35,416 nucleotides of DNA from IMG/VR virus record IMGVR_UViG_3300045988_114486, positions 1 to 35,416 of that record. One strand, 5' to 3'. This DNA is from a virus. A model generated the notes under the pieces. The model was given only the letters and a program-made list of their open reading frames with translations. It was not told the DNA's origin and did no database searches. The translations under genes were made by a program, and so were the position numbers. Shown here in pieces: positions 7,742 to 17,791 of the stretch. Position 1 is the stretch's first letter. Each line of letters begins with the position of its first letter.

Positions 7742-8221
7742 CTATACATATTTTGCATCTATTACAATTCCATTAATCAATGTTAGCTGCAGCTTTTTTT
7801 CTCCATCTGAACCATTCGCATAACACTTCGGTCTAAAATAGCCTAATGGAACAGTTCCAATCGCTAATAAATTAAATGGTCCGCCATACGTACCACCGCT
7901 ACTGCCTTGGTTTTGCCCGAAATATTTGCCGTTATAATACATGGCTACGTGACCATAACCGCCACCCATGTTTGAACCCCACACGGCAATATCACCATTT
8001 TGAGGAGAACCCACAACGTCACATGAATTTAACATTCCATTTGAGGCTCTTTGTGTCCAAATATCCTTAGCACCACCACTGGCAGTACAATGCGCATATC
8101 CGTAGCCTAACCATTTCATATAGAATGCGTATCCGTCCCAACATTGAGCTCCATACGCACCATCTACGTCGTGGCTTGTGCCATTATAAGTGTTAACGAA
8201 TACAGAAAAGGGTTGAGCCAT
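7742..8221 (-). CDS. CHAP-domain peptidoglycan hydrolase (virion/tail-associated lysin)
   Basis: Cys motif GAQCWDG and His motif GYGHVAMY. Start set at ATG 8221 after a GGAG SD. Confidence 0.75.
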   Translation of the reverse strand: MAQPFSVFVNTYNGTSHDVDGAYGAQCWDGYAFYMKWLGYGYAHCTASGGAKDIWTQRASNGMLNSCDVVGSPQNGDIAVWGSNMGGGYGHVAMYYNGKYFGQNQGSSGGTYGGPFNLLAIGTVPLGYFRPKCYANGSDGEKKLQLTLINGIVIDAKYV

Positions 8222-8222
8222 A

Positions 8223-10115
8223 TTACTCAACTCCTGTCACGATTCCTGACCTAGTAGTTACTGATTTTGTAACAGTATAAGTACCTGTTAATCCAGTTTT
8301 ACCATCAATCTTTATCGTGCTAGAATTTTCACTTAAAGAAATCTCATTGTTTTTGGTAATGATATCGACACCATTTGTAGACACCTTAACTTTATTAGTG
8401 CCACTAAGTAAAGTTATTGAGCTGTCATTATCAACGGATACGCTGGCATCTCCGCAAATTAATTTAATACTATGCGATAAATATTTACCGTCAGACTTTA
8501 CAGATCGGAACGCAATTCTTTCAGGAAGAACATTACCGTCTGCATCCACCGCTTTTATATCTGCCCAAACAGATCCTTGCGCAACCCCATCAGTACGTGG
8601 CTGCATATTAATTTCTGCACCCACATTAATATCTTTAACGGTGTTCAATGTTCCTTTAAATGTACCGTCATTCATAACTAACTCACCGGTATCCATATTT
8701 AAGTAGAAGTTGCCACTCTTATCGGAAAGAATACCTGTAATAATCGCATTCGCAATCAACCCTTTTGGGCCAAATGCGTTGCCCCACTTCCAATCTGTAT
8801 CATCTTCGTTTCTAGTATCAGAAAACTCCAAACCACTTGTTCCATAACAAGTTGCTCCATACGTTGGACTACCTGGATCTAAGTCTTCCATCTTCATGGC
8901 TCTGTAATCCATCTTCTTTGCGATATTTCTTTGAGCGTACAGCGAAGCTTGAGTCGCATCAATGATTCCTTTTATCTTTTCCGCAATCAAACTAGATGTT
9001 TTCTTATCAATCACCTTTTGTGCTGCCTGGATAACACTATCCGCATTTTCAAAGTACTTCGTTTCATAATCACCCAAAGTCATACTATCGTATTTTTTTA
9101 GGATACAATCATAATCACATTCAATTAATCTTGCCTTTGTTTCGATATTCAACTTTCTGTGTTTAATATGAACTGTATCACCAAAGCCAATTGAAACAAG
9201 ATTCTTAATATCTTTGTAAGCATCCAGTCTTGCCAAATCTACAATATCAACCTTATACGTAATACTTGGAACATCACAATTATTTTCTGTGAAATAATCG
9301 GCTGCTCTTTTTCGCAACACTTTGTATAAATCTTCCAATGTGTCGCAGACTGTAATTCCATTCGATGCATCATCTTCCTGCGCATCTTCTTTTAACTTTA
9401 CGTCATCAAACTGGATAAAGCTCCAATATACATCTGGATAATTATTGATATAAGGAGAATCAATACACTCCTCATTCGGCAATACGTATCCATTGTATGC
9501 TTGCGGATATATTCTTGTGATTAAATTTTCTGTGTTTACGACTTCCTGAACACTTTTTAAATTGTATCCGAACTCACACCTGGCACCTTTGTCTGAACCA
9601 ATTCTTTTGTTGATCTTGATTGTGTAATCGTCATAAGCAATTTCTCCACCCCATCGACTCATAAATGTATTGTCTGCATTCCCATTAATGGCCTGCAGAC
9701 GATTCATTTTATTGAAATAGCACGTAGAAATATCTGCGATATCCGAAATTCCTTTAAAAGACGTTCCGCTTAAAATTGTATTTAACGCATCCTGGCCATT
9801 CATATTCACACATCGAGTATCCCACAAAGGCGGTGTTGTCTTGACCATGTAAAAAAGTGGATACGCTGTTACTTGAACATCATAATCCGCTTTGTCTACA
9901 TGACGAATAATAAACAATTGGTCTTTATTAAATAATGTTGGAACTTTTAAAACTGCCCCATCAATGATATTTTCTGAAATATCATCAATAGGATGTATTA
10001 ATTTAACATACCATTCCCCATTCAATACAACATGCATAACGCAGCTAGATGGATGTAGAACATAATCACCATTCTTTTCATAGCTTTTATTAAAAGGCTT
10101 ATACAATTGGATCAT
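8223..10115 (-). CDS. tail-associated lysin-like / Tal (Prophage_tail, minor structural protein)
   Basis: 630 aa directly after Dit. The N-terminus MIQLYKPF...NGDYVL... is typical of siphovirus Tal proteins. Confidence 0.65.
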   Translation of the reverse strand: MIQLYKPFNKSYEKNGDYVLHPSSCVMHVVLNGEWYVKLIHPIDDISENIIDGAVLKVPTLFNKDQLFIIRHVDKADYDVQVTAYPLFYMVKTTPPLWDTRCVNMNGQDALNTILSGTSFKGISDIADISTCYFNKMNRLQAINGNADNTFMSRWGGEIAYDDYTIKINKRIGSDKGARCEFGYNLKSVQEVVNTENLITRIYPQAYNGYVLPNEECIDSPYINNYPDVYWSFIQFDDVKLKEDAQEDDASNGITVCDTLEDLYKVLRKRAADYFTENNCDVPSITYKVDIVDLARLDAYKDIKNLVSIGFGDTVHIKHRKLNIETKARLIECDYDCILKKYDSMTLGDYETKYFENADSVIQAAQKVIDKKTSSLIAEKIKGIIDATQASLYAQRNIAKKMDYRAMKMEDLDPGSPTYGATCYGTSGLEFSDTRNEDDTDWKWGNAFGPKGLIANAIITGILSDKSGNFYLNMDTGELVMNDGTFKGTLNTVKDINVGAEINMQPRTDGVAQGSVWADIKAVDADGNVLPERIAFRSVKSDGKYLSHSIKLICGDASVSVDNDSSITLLSGTNKVKVSTNGVDIITKNNEISLSENSSTIKIDGKTGLTGTYTVTKSVTTRSGIVTGVE

Positions 10116-10816
10116 AGTTCACACCTCCAGTTTGGAATCACTTCACACTTAAAATTGTCACTTACTGTAATTGAATTTGACCCTTCAACTAAATATAAAG
10201 ATTCAAAATCCCCACTGACCTTGACATTCTGCAAATCGCCATTTTCTCGATAGGCTACGCATCTATCGGTATCAATATAAATTGTTCCTGATGTATTAAC
10301 TGTCATTTTATTTCCATTAACGTTAAGAACGCATTGCCCTTCGCCACTAATAATATAAGTAGGATGAGATAGTGCATAAGGATTTGTCTGCACCATTCCA
10401 CAACTATATCTATCTTGGCCAATGAACAGGTATCCATATGGATCACAAGTAAATGTGGCTACAAAAGCATTAATTTCTTTTGTGCTTTCTCTTGAGATAT
10501 CACCAAATTCAACTTTTTTAATTTTATAAAAAATTTCTGAATCATCCATCATCATAAGAGTCTTAGATTTACGAATCATTCTTTTATAATCTCTAAAAGT
10601 TTTATTCAAGTATTCTCTTTTTTCTTTGAAGTTAAAATTGATATTAAATGTAATATCGTCATAAGTGCCTAAATCTTCGAAAAACTTACCATCTCTTCCA
10701 GGAATATCATATTCTTTGTAGTTGCGCTTAGGAGTTACTATATCAGGTCGTCTGACCGGATATAGTTTTTCCCGAACGCAAGATACATTATCTAAATAAA
10801 TATCAAATGAACTCAT
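10112..10816 (-). CDS. distal tail protein (Dit, Sipho_tail family)
   Basis: Start moved to ATG 10816 (GAGGTGAGG SD). Contains the IPGRDG motif. Sits between TMP and Tal. Confidence 0.65.
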   Translation of the reverse strand: MSSFDIYLDNVSCVREKLYPVRRPDIVTPKRNYKEYDIPGRDGKFFEDLGTYDDITFNINFNFKEKREYLNKTFRDYKRMIRKSKTLMMMDDSEIFYKIKKVEFGDISRESTKEINAFVATFTCDPYGYLFIGQDRYSCGMVQTNPYALSHPTYIISGEGQCVLNVNGNKMTVNTSGTIYIDTDRCVAYRENGDLQNVKVSGDFESLYLVEGSNSITVSDNFKCEVIPNWRCEL

Positions 10817-10817
10817 T

Positions 10818-12986
10818 CTATGCCTCACCTCTCATATAAGCATTAGATACACTTCTAGATCCAATAACTCTTTCCATAGATGAAGCAATATTACGACCAT
10901 CCAATGTTGTAGTGTTATACACAACAAATGTTGGATCATACCGATAATTCGTATTATCAGTAAACGAAGGATCCATTCCAATATCCATGATATCCTGTAA
11001 ATCTTTGATTTGGCTTTCTACTCTGCTTTTGTTTCTGTCAATTCCTGTAGCTAATAAATCCATGAAGTCAGGCATCCACTCATCCGCATCGGCCAAAGGA
11101 CCTTCATCTGGAACAGAGAAATGTAGATTTTTCTTAATGAAGTTTGTGACTCCACTAATCTTTCCTTTTACCCATCCAGTAAATCCTTTCCAGATACCAC
11201 TTGCGAAGTTTGACATCATGTCTAATCCCCATTGTAGGAATTGACCAGGTAACGATTTTATTTCATTCGCAATATTTTTAACCAAATTAACTGCTGCATT
11301 CTTCCCTTTTGAAGCAAAATCTTTTGCCCAATTGACAATTGCAGACAACATATTGCTAATCCAGTTTTGGAAGTTGTTTAAACCATTCGCAAAATTCTCA
11401 CCAAGATTTTGAAAAAAATCATCGATTTTCTGCTTCACATTATTGAAGCCATCCGTCCACGATTTTTTAAAGCCTTCCCACAACTCAGAAACCTTATTGC
11501 AAACGGACTCCCATGTTTCTGTCAAGAAGTTAAGTACCTCATCCCAGTTTTGAATAACTAATATAATTGCCATGATGGCCGCAATAATCGCAACAATTAT
11601 CGCAATCACAGGAGCTGCGGCGGTCATTAAAGCTGCAACTCCACCTGCTGACCATCCACATGCTGCACCAACCGCCAGTATCAAAGGAGCAATTGTAGTC
11701 AAAACTGCAATAATCCCAATAAAGACCGCAATCATTTGTTGAGCTGGTTCCGGAAGTTCGCTAAATATCTGAATAATTGTAGTCAATGCTTTTGTAAATT
11801 CAGTAAACACTGGCATTACTGCCTTTGAAAAATCGGCCATAGCCTCATTGTAATCATCTTGGGCCTTGTTTGATTCAACCAATGCCTTGTTGTTCTCATT
11901 CCATGCATCTGCTGATTTCATTAAGCCTTGATTTGCCATTTCATCCAACACTAACTGTGCACGTTCTGAATTATCTGAACATTGTTCTAATTTTTCGTTG
12001 AATTCATCTTCGGATGTTCCAGCCCAATTCAACATATCCGCAAGATTACCGGTAACTGTACCTGTCTTGATTGTCTCGTTGATTGACTCAGCCAAGCCAT
12101 CAATTGGAATCGAATCTCCATACCGGGCCCAGGCGCCAATTGCACCCTTAGTGATTTGCGTTAACTGACTTTGTTCCAAACCAATTGCCTGCAAGTTAGC
12201 TGTAGTTGTAGCTGCTGATTGAGTATCACCTAAGACTCCAATAAGCTGCTTATAGGTCTGTTTTGTTTCGCCCGTAGTGTAATTTAAGTGAGAAGAAGAA
12301 ACTTCTAAAGAACCTATGATTTTTAAATATTCTTTTGATTCTTCTACTGCTCCTTTGATATTTTCAACCATTCCAGATGCGAATTCAGATACCTGCTCAG
12401 CAGCCTCATGCAAATTAAAACTTTCTTTAAAATCTTCTATTTCTGACTTGGTCTTATTCAGTTTGTCTCCAGTTTTCTGCGAGCTGTCTCCGATTTTTTC
12501 AATTTGAGTTGATGCTTCACCTGCACCCTTTGATAACTCGTCCAATTTAGCATCATTATCTGATATTTCAGATGATAATTTATTGGCATAAGCAGTTGTC
12601 TCATTAAATGCAGTCTTCAATTTAGAAATCGTTGATTCCGTATTCGCATAAGCTTTTTCTGCTTTCTGAACTTGACTTGAATTCTCACCATATTCATTTG
12701 TTAATTGTTGAATTTCTTTAGCCTGTGCCTCAAGATAATCCGTTTGTTTTTTTATCTGATCCGATAAAAGTTTCATTTTATCCGACTGCTCATCATATTG
12801 TTTCTTCAAAACTTTATTCTTTGCAGTCAACGACTCCATGCTGTCAGCTTGGGCATCAAATTCACTTGATACGGCTTTTAATTCAGACCCATACTCTTTT
12901 AAATTCTGATTAATTTTAGAAATGGATTGATTAAATTCAGATTCACCTTTAATCGAAATCTTTGGTCCAATATCATATCCAGCCAT
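10818..12986 (-). CDS. tail tape measure protein
   Basis: 722 aa with a coiled-coil N-terminal half and a hydrophobic Ala/Ile-rich central block. It follows the G/GT chaperone. Confidence 0.85.
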   Translation of the reverse strand: MAGYDIGPKISIKGESEFNQSISKINQNLKEYGSELKAVSSEFDAQADSMESLTAKNKVLKKQYDEQSDKMKLLSDQIKKQTDYLEAQAKEIQQLTNEYGENSSQVQKAEKAYANTESTISKLKTAFNETTAYANKLSSEISDNDAKLDELSKGAGEASTQIEKIGDSSQKTGDKLNKTKSEIEDFKESFNLHEAAEQVSEFASGMVENIKGAVEESKEYLKIIGSLEVSSSHLNYTTGETKQTYKQLIGVLGDTQSAATTTANLQAIGLEQSQLTQITKGAIGAWARYGDSIPIDGLAESINETIKTGTVTGNLADMLNWAGTSEDEFNEKLEQCSDNSERAQLVLDEMANQGLMKSADAWNENNKALVESNKAQDDYNEAMADFSKAVMPVFTEFTKALTTIIQIFSELPEPAQQMIAVFIGIIAVLTTIAPLILAVGAACGWSAGGVAALMTAAAPVIAIIVAIIAAIMAIILVIQNWDEVLNFLTETWESVCNKVSELWEGFKKSWTDGFNNVKQKIDDFFQNLGENFANGLNNFQNWISNMLSAIVNWAKDFASKGKNAAVNLVKNIANEIKSLPGQFLQWGLDMMSNFASGIWKGFTGWVKGKISGVTNFIKKNLHFSVPDEGPLADADEWMPDFMDLLATGIDRNKSRVESQIKDLQDIMDIGMDPSFTDNTNYRYDPTFVVYNTTTLDGRNIASSMERVIGSRSVSNAYMRGEA

Positions 12987-12990
12987 ATCA

Positions 12991-13191
12991 TCACCTCAAA
13001 TCTACATTAATATATTCTGGCTCTATGTATTCGTCGGCATATCCATCAAGAATTACCGAAGCATCCGTTAGATCAGCTAAATAGCCTAACGGCATTACCA
13101 AAAACTCATTGGATGGAATACCAATCTTATAGGCTTTTACCATTAAGTATTTGCTTGAATCACCTTGAAGCTTTTTTTCTTCTTTTTTTTT
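12991..13191 (-). CDS. -1 frameshift extension of the tail assembly chaperone (T part of the GT product)
   Basis: From the slippery run TCA AAA AAA AAG (A9, 13183-13191), the -1 frame stays open (FKKKEEKKLQGDSSKYLMVKAYKIGIPSNEF...NVDLR) to TGA at 12991-12993. Confidence 0.7.
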   Translation of the reverse strand, partial: KKKEEKKLQGDSSKYLMVKAYKIGIPSNEFLVMPLGYLADLTDASVILDGYADEYIEPEYINVDLR

Positions 13192-13577
13192 GAAGATTTT
13201 AAAGGCTTAGCCTGGATTTTTCTTTCTTTTGATTTGGAAATACATTTCTTGATTTTTGCAACAATTGCCTTCAATTCTTCTGGATCAGAAGGAATCAAGT
13301 ACCCAATTGTATCTTTTGGAATCGGCTCCAATAATCCATCTTCGCCAATTGGTGCTCTATCATACTTTTGTCGCATGATATTCATAAACGCACATCCTGA
13401 ATCAATCATTAGATAAAGCATACTGATCATCATGTTTGCAGCTTCGGCCACGTCTTGACCTTCTTCAATCTTTTTAGCAGCTTGCGCAAAGTTTCCCATT
13501 TGTGAAACACAAGCTAAAGAAAAAGACATTGGATATCTATATTCTCCAATGTCTATAAATTGAATATTCATGTCCAT
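13143..13577 (-). CDS. tail assembly chaperone (G product)
   Basis: Lies between the major tail protein and TMP. The Lys-run slippery site is near its 3' end. Confidence 0.7.
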   Translation of the reverse strand: MDMNIQFIDIGEYRYPMSFSLACVSQMGNFAQAAKKIEEGQDVAEAANMMISMLYLMIDSGCAFMNIMRQKYDRAPIGEDGLLEPIPKDTIGYLIPSDPEELKAIVAKIKKCISKSKERKIQAKPLKSSKKKKKKSFKVIQANT

Positions 13578-13585
13578 AAGTCACC

Positions 13586-14173
13586 TTATTCAACAATATT
13601 TGCCTTTTTCTTCAAGTACGCAACGGCTTTTGCTTCATCTGGTAAATCTGCGTAGCATTGCCATGCATGATCACCTGCTGCATCACGCATCACGGATCCC
13701 GTGATTTCAGGCAACTGCCAATCGACTGTATCTTCTTTTGTCTTCGCAGAACCACCTGGAATATTAAATTTAACACGATTAAACCAAATTGCGCGATAAA
13801 ATTCTTCGTTGTTATTTTGATGTAGCTCAATAAGTCCACATCCAACTTCAATTGACTTCGTATTGTCATCAAATACATATTCAGTAACAGATTCCTCGCT
13901 AACTGTAATTTTATTTTCTTTAATACTCAATAAAAGTTTAGATGTAGCAGGCATCAATTCACCAGTGGTAATAGTCAAAGTTCCTTCTTTGAATTCTCCA
14001 CCTTCTGATTCTGCAATTTCATTGTCCAAATATAAATTATTATTGTCAGTAGTCGTAATATCAAGACTATACTCACTCATCTTTTCAGGGATGTTACCTT
14101 CTGAATAAGTCGTAGTACCGTCTGAATGACTATATTTCGCAATAATTAATTTTGATAAACCTTTTTTTGCCAT
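13586..14173 (-). CDS. major tail protein (phi13-like)
   Basis: 195 aa, in the position before the chaperone. N-terminus MAKKGLSKLIIAKY... Confidence 0.6.
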   Translation of the reverse strand: MAKKGLSKLIIAKYSHSDGTTTYSEGNIPEKMSEYSLDITTTDNNNLYLDNEIAESEGGEFKEGTLTITTGELMPATSKLLLSIKENKITVSEESVTEYVFDDNTKSIEVGCGLIELHQNNNEEFYRAIWFNRVKFNIPGGSAKTKEDTVDWQLPEITGSVMRDAAGDHAWQCYADLPDEAKAVAYLKKKANIVE

Positions 14174-14643
14174 TATTTGTTCATCTCCTTTTTAAATAAT
14201 TCATTCATTTTACTGTCCATTGCTTCAATACTCTTTTTTCTGTATTTTCGAACTGCACGACCCACAAAATCATTCTTAGGACGAAAAGAAGTTCCTCTCA
14301 AGATTGATCTAGCAATCAATGGTATTGGAACTCCTCTTGAATACTTTTTTGTTTTATGACTTGAATATCCTGCAAAGCCAACTTTGACGTTGATATCATC
14401 GCCCTTGCTCTCCATGTCTGATATTCCAAGACCTTTCTCAAGAGCTTTTTTCTCGTAGTCCATAGGACCTTGACTTGCATGATTGGATGTCTGTAATGAT
14501 TTTATCTCGCTGCGAATACCATCTACAACCACTCCAGCACCTTCATACAGTGACATCTTCATGATTGGAACTACATCATCTTTTTCAAGTTTCTGCAGTT
14601 TATCAAGATATTCATCAAAATCATTAAATTCAATTTCGGCCAT
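14173..14643 (-). CDS. HK97 gp10-family head-tail joining protein
   Basis: Start moved to ATG 14643 (ATGA overlap). Assigned by size, position and general gp10-like pattern. Confidence 0.45.
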   Translation of the reverse strand: MAEIEFNDFDEYLDKLQKLEKDDVVPIMKMSLYEGAGVVVDGIRSEIKSLQTSNHASQGPMDYEKKALEKGLGISDMESKGDDINVKVGFAGYSSHKTKKYSRGVPIPLIARSILRGTSFRPKNDFVGRAVRKYRKKSIEAMDSKMNELFKKEMNK

Positions 14644-14978
14644 CAATACTCCCAATCGAATGAATAATGAATGTAACTCGAATTTGTTTCGTATTCAATA
14701 CTAATTATATTGAATGGAACTCCGTTGGCGTTAAACAAATCAATAACATCATCCACTAAATCATCGAACTCGACTTTTGTATAAATATCCAACGAACCTT
14801 TTAACATGATTTCATCATGTTGATTGTCCAAAAATAAAGAATCAGATTCTCCTTCTTCTTGCCAAACTATATATCTATCGCCTTTATCTCCTGTTGCATC
14901 ATAATGGTAAATTTCATTAGTGCTTACATATTTTAATAATTCTGCAAATTCTTTAAGCTTCGAATTCAAACTTTTCAT
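14643..14978 (-). CDS. head-tail joining / tail completion protein (position-based)
   Basis: Intact 111-aa ORF within the connector cluster. Confidence 0.35.
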   Translation of the reverse strand: MKSLNSKLKEFAELLKYVSTNEIYHYDATGDKGDRYIVWQEEGESDSLFLDNQHDEIMLKGSLDIYTKVEFDDLVDDVIDLFNANGVPFNIISIEYETNSSYIHYSFDWEY

Positions 14979-15315
14979 TTAAATGCATCAATGTAAGCTT
15001 AGTAATTTGTATACCATTATCATCAAATGTATGTTGAATCTGTGAAATCTGATACTGTGTACCATCTTCCAAAACAACAACATCGGTATATGTAATTGAA
15101 CGGTCTCTGTAAATAGATACAGATTCATCCAGTCTATCCTGTGCTTTTTTAGCTTCATAAAACTTTGTAACACCAATTACTTCATAAGAAAAATAATAAG
15201 AAGATTTAAGGTGTAATTTAGGTACAGGCATAAAACCTTTGTCCTGCACTAATACACGCTCATAAATCTTCAGAATTCCATCATCAAATGTCATTATCTT
15301 CCTTTTTGTGACCAC
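14953..15315 (-). CDS. head closure / head-tail adaptor protein
   Basis: Size and position fit. ...YEAKKAQDRLDESVSIYRDRSI...GTQYQISQIQ follows the pattern of SPP1 gp16-like proteins. Confidence 0.5.
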   Translation of the reverse strand: MVTKRKIMTFDDGILKIYERVLVQDKGFMPVPKLHLKSSYYFSYEVIGVTKFYEAKKAQDRLDESVSIYRDRSITYTDVVVLEDGTQYQISQIQHTFDDNGIQITKLTLMHLNEKFEFEA

Positions 15316-15578
15316 AGGATATTGTTCAATTCATATCTAAGAGATCTAGGCATAGCTAGTGGGCTATCTTTATTAGCTCTTTTTCTGAATAAGAATGCTG
15401 CGTAGTCAATCTTCGCCATATAATAATCAAAGGAATCATCATCGACGATTCCTTCTCTTGTCATAAGGGAAGCAGCTTGCCCCAACAACACTTTTAAATA
15501 TTCATCGTTGGCATTTGTTTGAGGCATTTGGAGATTCTGCTTAAGGACAGTTAGTTCAGTATCTTCTCCAAAATCCAT
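15294..15578 (-). CDS. gp6-like head-tail connector protein
   Basis: 94 aa directly after the capsid gene, a typical location and size. Confidence 0.5.
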   Translation of the reverse strand: MDFGEDTELTVLKQNLQMPQTNANDEYLKVLLGQAASLMTREGIVDDDSFDYYMAKIDYAAFLFRKRANKDSPLAMPRSLRYELNNILWSQKGR

Positions 15579-15584
15579 TGCTCA

Positions 15585-17222
15585 TTACCCTTTTGTAACT
15601 TTTACAGTATAAACAAGTTTTGACATTCCGTTCTTCACAGTAACAACTAAATTCTTAGTTCCTTCTAATGTTAATCCCTGGCCATTATTGTATTTCTTTC
15701 CACCGTACATAATAGTCACTGATGCTCCATCCTGAGTTGGAACTGCATTAACAACGGCATTTGCTGCAGTTGCGCTTACTTCGTATTCATAAGTATTCGC
15801 ATTGAATGATAATGTTTCTGATCCAAGAGTCAATGATGATAATGTTGCATCATTCGCATCATCTGCACGGAATGTTGCTGATGTTACTGGTGCTTTACCA
15901 TCGATTGTCATTACACCGAATCCTTCATCAATTGCAGGCTTTCCGTCATAGCGAGCTACACCACGGAATACTGTCTGATAGTCTAAGAACTTAACGTGTT
16001 CTGACTGATCAATCTTAGCTCCGGCACGTTCACCTAATGTGTATAAATCAAAGTGTCCGAAGATAATATTGTTATCTGCAATAAAGTTAAGCTCAACAAT
16101 TTCACCACCCACAATAGGCATTGTATTCTTCATTCCGGCAACAATAGCACCATTCATATCTGCATCCAATGACTCTGCCATTAATAATTTATGCGTCTTT
16201 TCGTTCATTACCCATGTTAATCCTGCAGATGAGTAATCATTGATTACACATGTTGATTTTTTGATAATATCCTTAAACAATTCTTTTCCGGTAAGGCTAG
16301 CACCTCCTTTTAAAATATTTGTTGTGTGTAAATCTTTCCATTCTCTAGCCGTTGAAGAATAATCATTTGGACGTGTTTCCTGGGCTAATCGAGTAACAAT
16401 ACCAAGTGGCATCTTAACTCCATGACCGAATAAAACTGCTTTATCCAACGCTTTACCCATTGCCTTACCGATTGCATTAATGATTTCTGTAGCTAAATCC
16501 TCATCGCTGTCTTCCAATACTGCATTGCATACTGCGAAGAATCCGGCTACTGCGTATCCATCCATCTCAATGTTGTTGAACTTCAAATCCATTTCATTCA
16601 ATGATCCGCACATTTCAGTCCAAATACCTTCTGGAATATCTCCCATGATATTTTGACGAGATGTTCCACTTACACTTTGCAAATTAACTTTTGAAATCAA
16701 TTTAGAATTTTCTTCTACTATTTGACGAATTAAAGGCAACATAACTTGTGGAATTGTTAATCCAACATTTTCAATTGCACGATGCTCTTTAATGCATGTC
16801 CTTACGTTTGATAGGAATTTTTCTACATTCTCATCTTTGAAGAAACGATCACGTTCTTCGATTGGCATATTGAAGAATTTATTTCTTACAGTCATTTTCT
16901 GTTGTCCTCCTCTATTTTCTTCTTGCTTAGGTTCATCTGTTGGTTGTTGAGATTCTGCTTCTTCAATTTCTTTTTCGATATCAGCTATTGTCTCTTCCAA
17001 CTCTTTCTTTTCATCTTCGTATTCTTGTTTTTCTTCTTCTAATTTTGCTACTTCGTCTTCAACAGCTTGTTGTTCTTCTTCTGTTGAATCATCACGCAAT
17101 TCAGAAATCGCAACTTCTAGTTCTTTTGTACGTTTTTCAAAGTCAGATTCTTTTTTTCTTAATTTCTCAAGATTCTTTTTCTGCGTATCTAATTTTTTAC
17201 GCAACATTAAAACTTTTAACAT
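15585..17222 (-). CDS. HK97-type major capsid protein with N-terminal coiled-coil delta/scaffold domain and extra C-terminal Ig/cadherin-like domain
   Basis: E/K-rich first ~100 aa, then a capsid core. The last ~95 aa (LSSLTLGSETLSFNANTYEYEVSA...LVYTVKVTK) match the cadherin-like beta-sandwich pattern. Confidence 0.8.
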   Translation of the reverse strand: MLKVLMLRKKLDTQKKNLEKLRKKESDFEKRTKELEVAISELRDDSTEEEQQAVEDEVAKLEEEKQEYEDEKKELEETIADIEKEIEEAESQQPTDEPKQEENRGGQQKMTVRNKFFNMPIEERDRFFKDENVEKFLSNVRTCIKEHRAIENVGLTIPQVMLPLIRQIVEENSKLISKVNLQSVSGTSRQNIMGDIPEGIWTEMCGSLNEMDLKFNNIEMDGYAVAGFFAVCNAVLEDSDEDLATEIINAIGKAMGKALDKAVLFGHGVKMPLGIVTRLAQETRPNDYSSTAREWKDLHTTNILKGGASLTGKELFKDIIKKSTCVINDYSSAGLTWVMNEKTHKLLMAESLDADMNGAIVAGMKNTMPIVGGEIVELNFIADNNIIFGHFDLYTLGERAGAKIDQSEHVKFLDYQTVFRGVARYDGKPAIDEGFGVMTIDGKAPVTSATFRADDANDATLSSLTLGSETLSFNANTYEYEVSATAANAVVNAVPTQDGASVTIMYGGKKYNNGQGLTLEGTKNLVVTVKNGMSKLVYTVKVTKG

Positions 17223-17224
17223 GC

Positions 17225-17791
17225 TTATTCTCCCTTCAATCTCTTCAGCATTTCTTTTTTTCTTTGTTCTAATTTTCTAGAACGAATTGTGTTAAACTCC
17301 TTTTTACGCGCGGATACCTGTGTATCTTCGTATGCAGGAAAAGTAACTACAGATACTTCATACAGATTCACGGATTTAATTGTCCAATGAACTCCATTTC
17401 CGTTTTCTGAATATTCTTCTGAAGTAATCTCAAAGCCAAAACTACATTGATCCACATCGCCACGTTGCACACGAGCATATAGATTCATCGCGTCCTGGTC
17501 TGATTCATTGATTTCAACTTCGCCCCATAGACCTTTGTCATCAACTTTTAAAGTCAATGTTCCTGATTTGGTGCGCCCTAAAACCAAACGTGTATCATGG
17601 TCAATCAAACAACGGATATCATTATCCAGTGCTCCATCAAAAGCATGTGGATCTACACTTTCAGTAGCTCCATCCCATAACTGATAATTGGAATTGAATA
17701 CTGCGAAGTATCCACTGATATACTTTTTCCCATCTGCATCTCTAGTTTTGAATTTAGATAAAGAACTTCTCATCTGATATTTTTTATCCAT
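17225..17791 (-). CDS. HK97-family prohead protease
   Basis: GYFAVFNS..., LIDHD...LGRT and QCSFGF motifs. Lies between portal and capsid. Start set at ATG 17791. Confidence 0.8.
   Translation of the reverse strand: MDKKYQMRSSLSKFKTRDADGKKYISGYFAVFNSNYQLWDGATESVDPHAFDGALDNDIRCLIDHDTRLVLGRTKSGTLTLKVDDKGLWGEVEINESDQDAMNLYARVQRGDVDQCSFGFEITSEEYSENGNGVHWTIKSVNLYEVSVVTFPAYEDTQVSARKKEFNTIRSRKLEQRKKEMLKRLKGE

Noticed and set aside
13183-13191. A9 homopolymer as a sequencing indel that splits one chaperone gene
   Set aside because: The arrangement (G ORF stop, overlapping -1 ORF, A AAA AAG-type slippery site just before TMP) is the conserved programmed frameshift of tail chaperones, so no error needs to be invoked.
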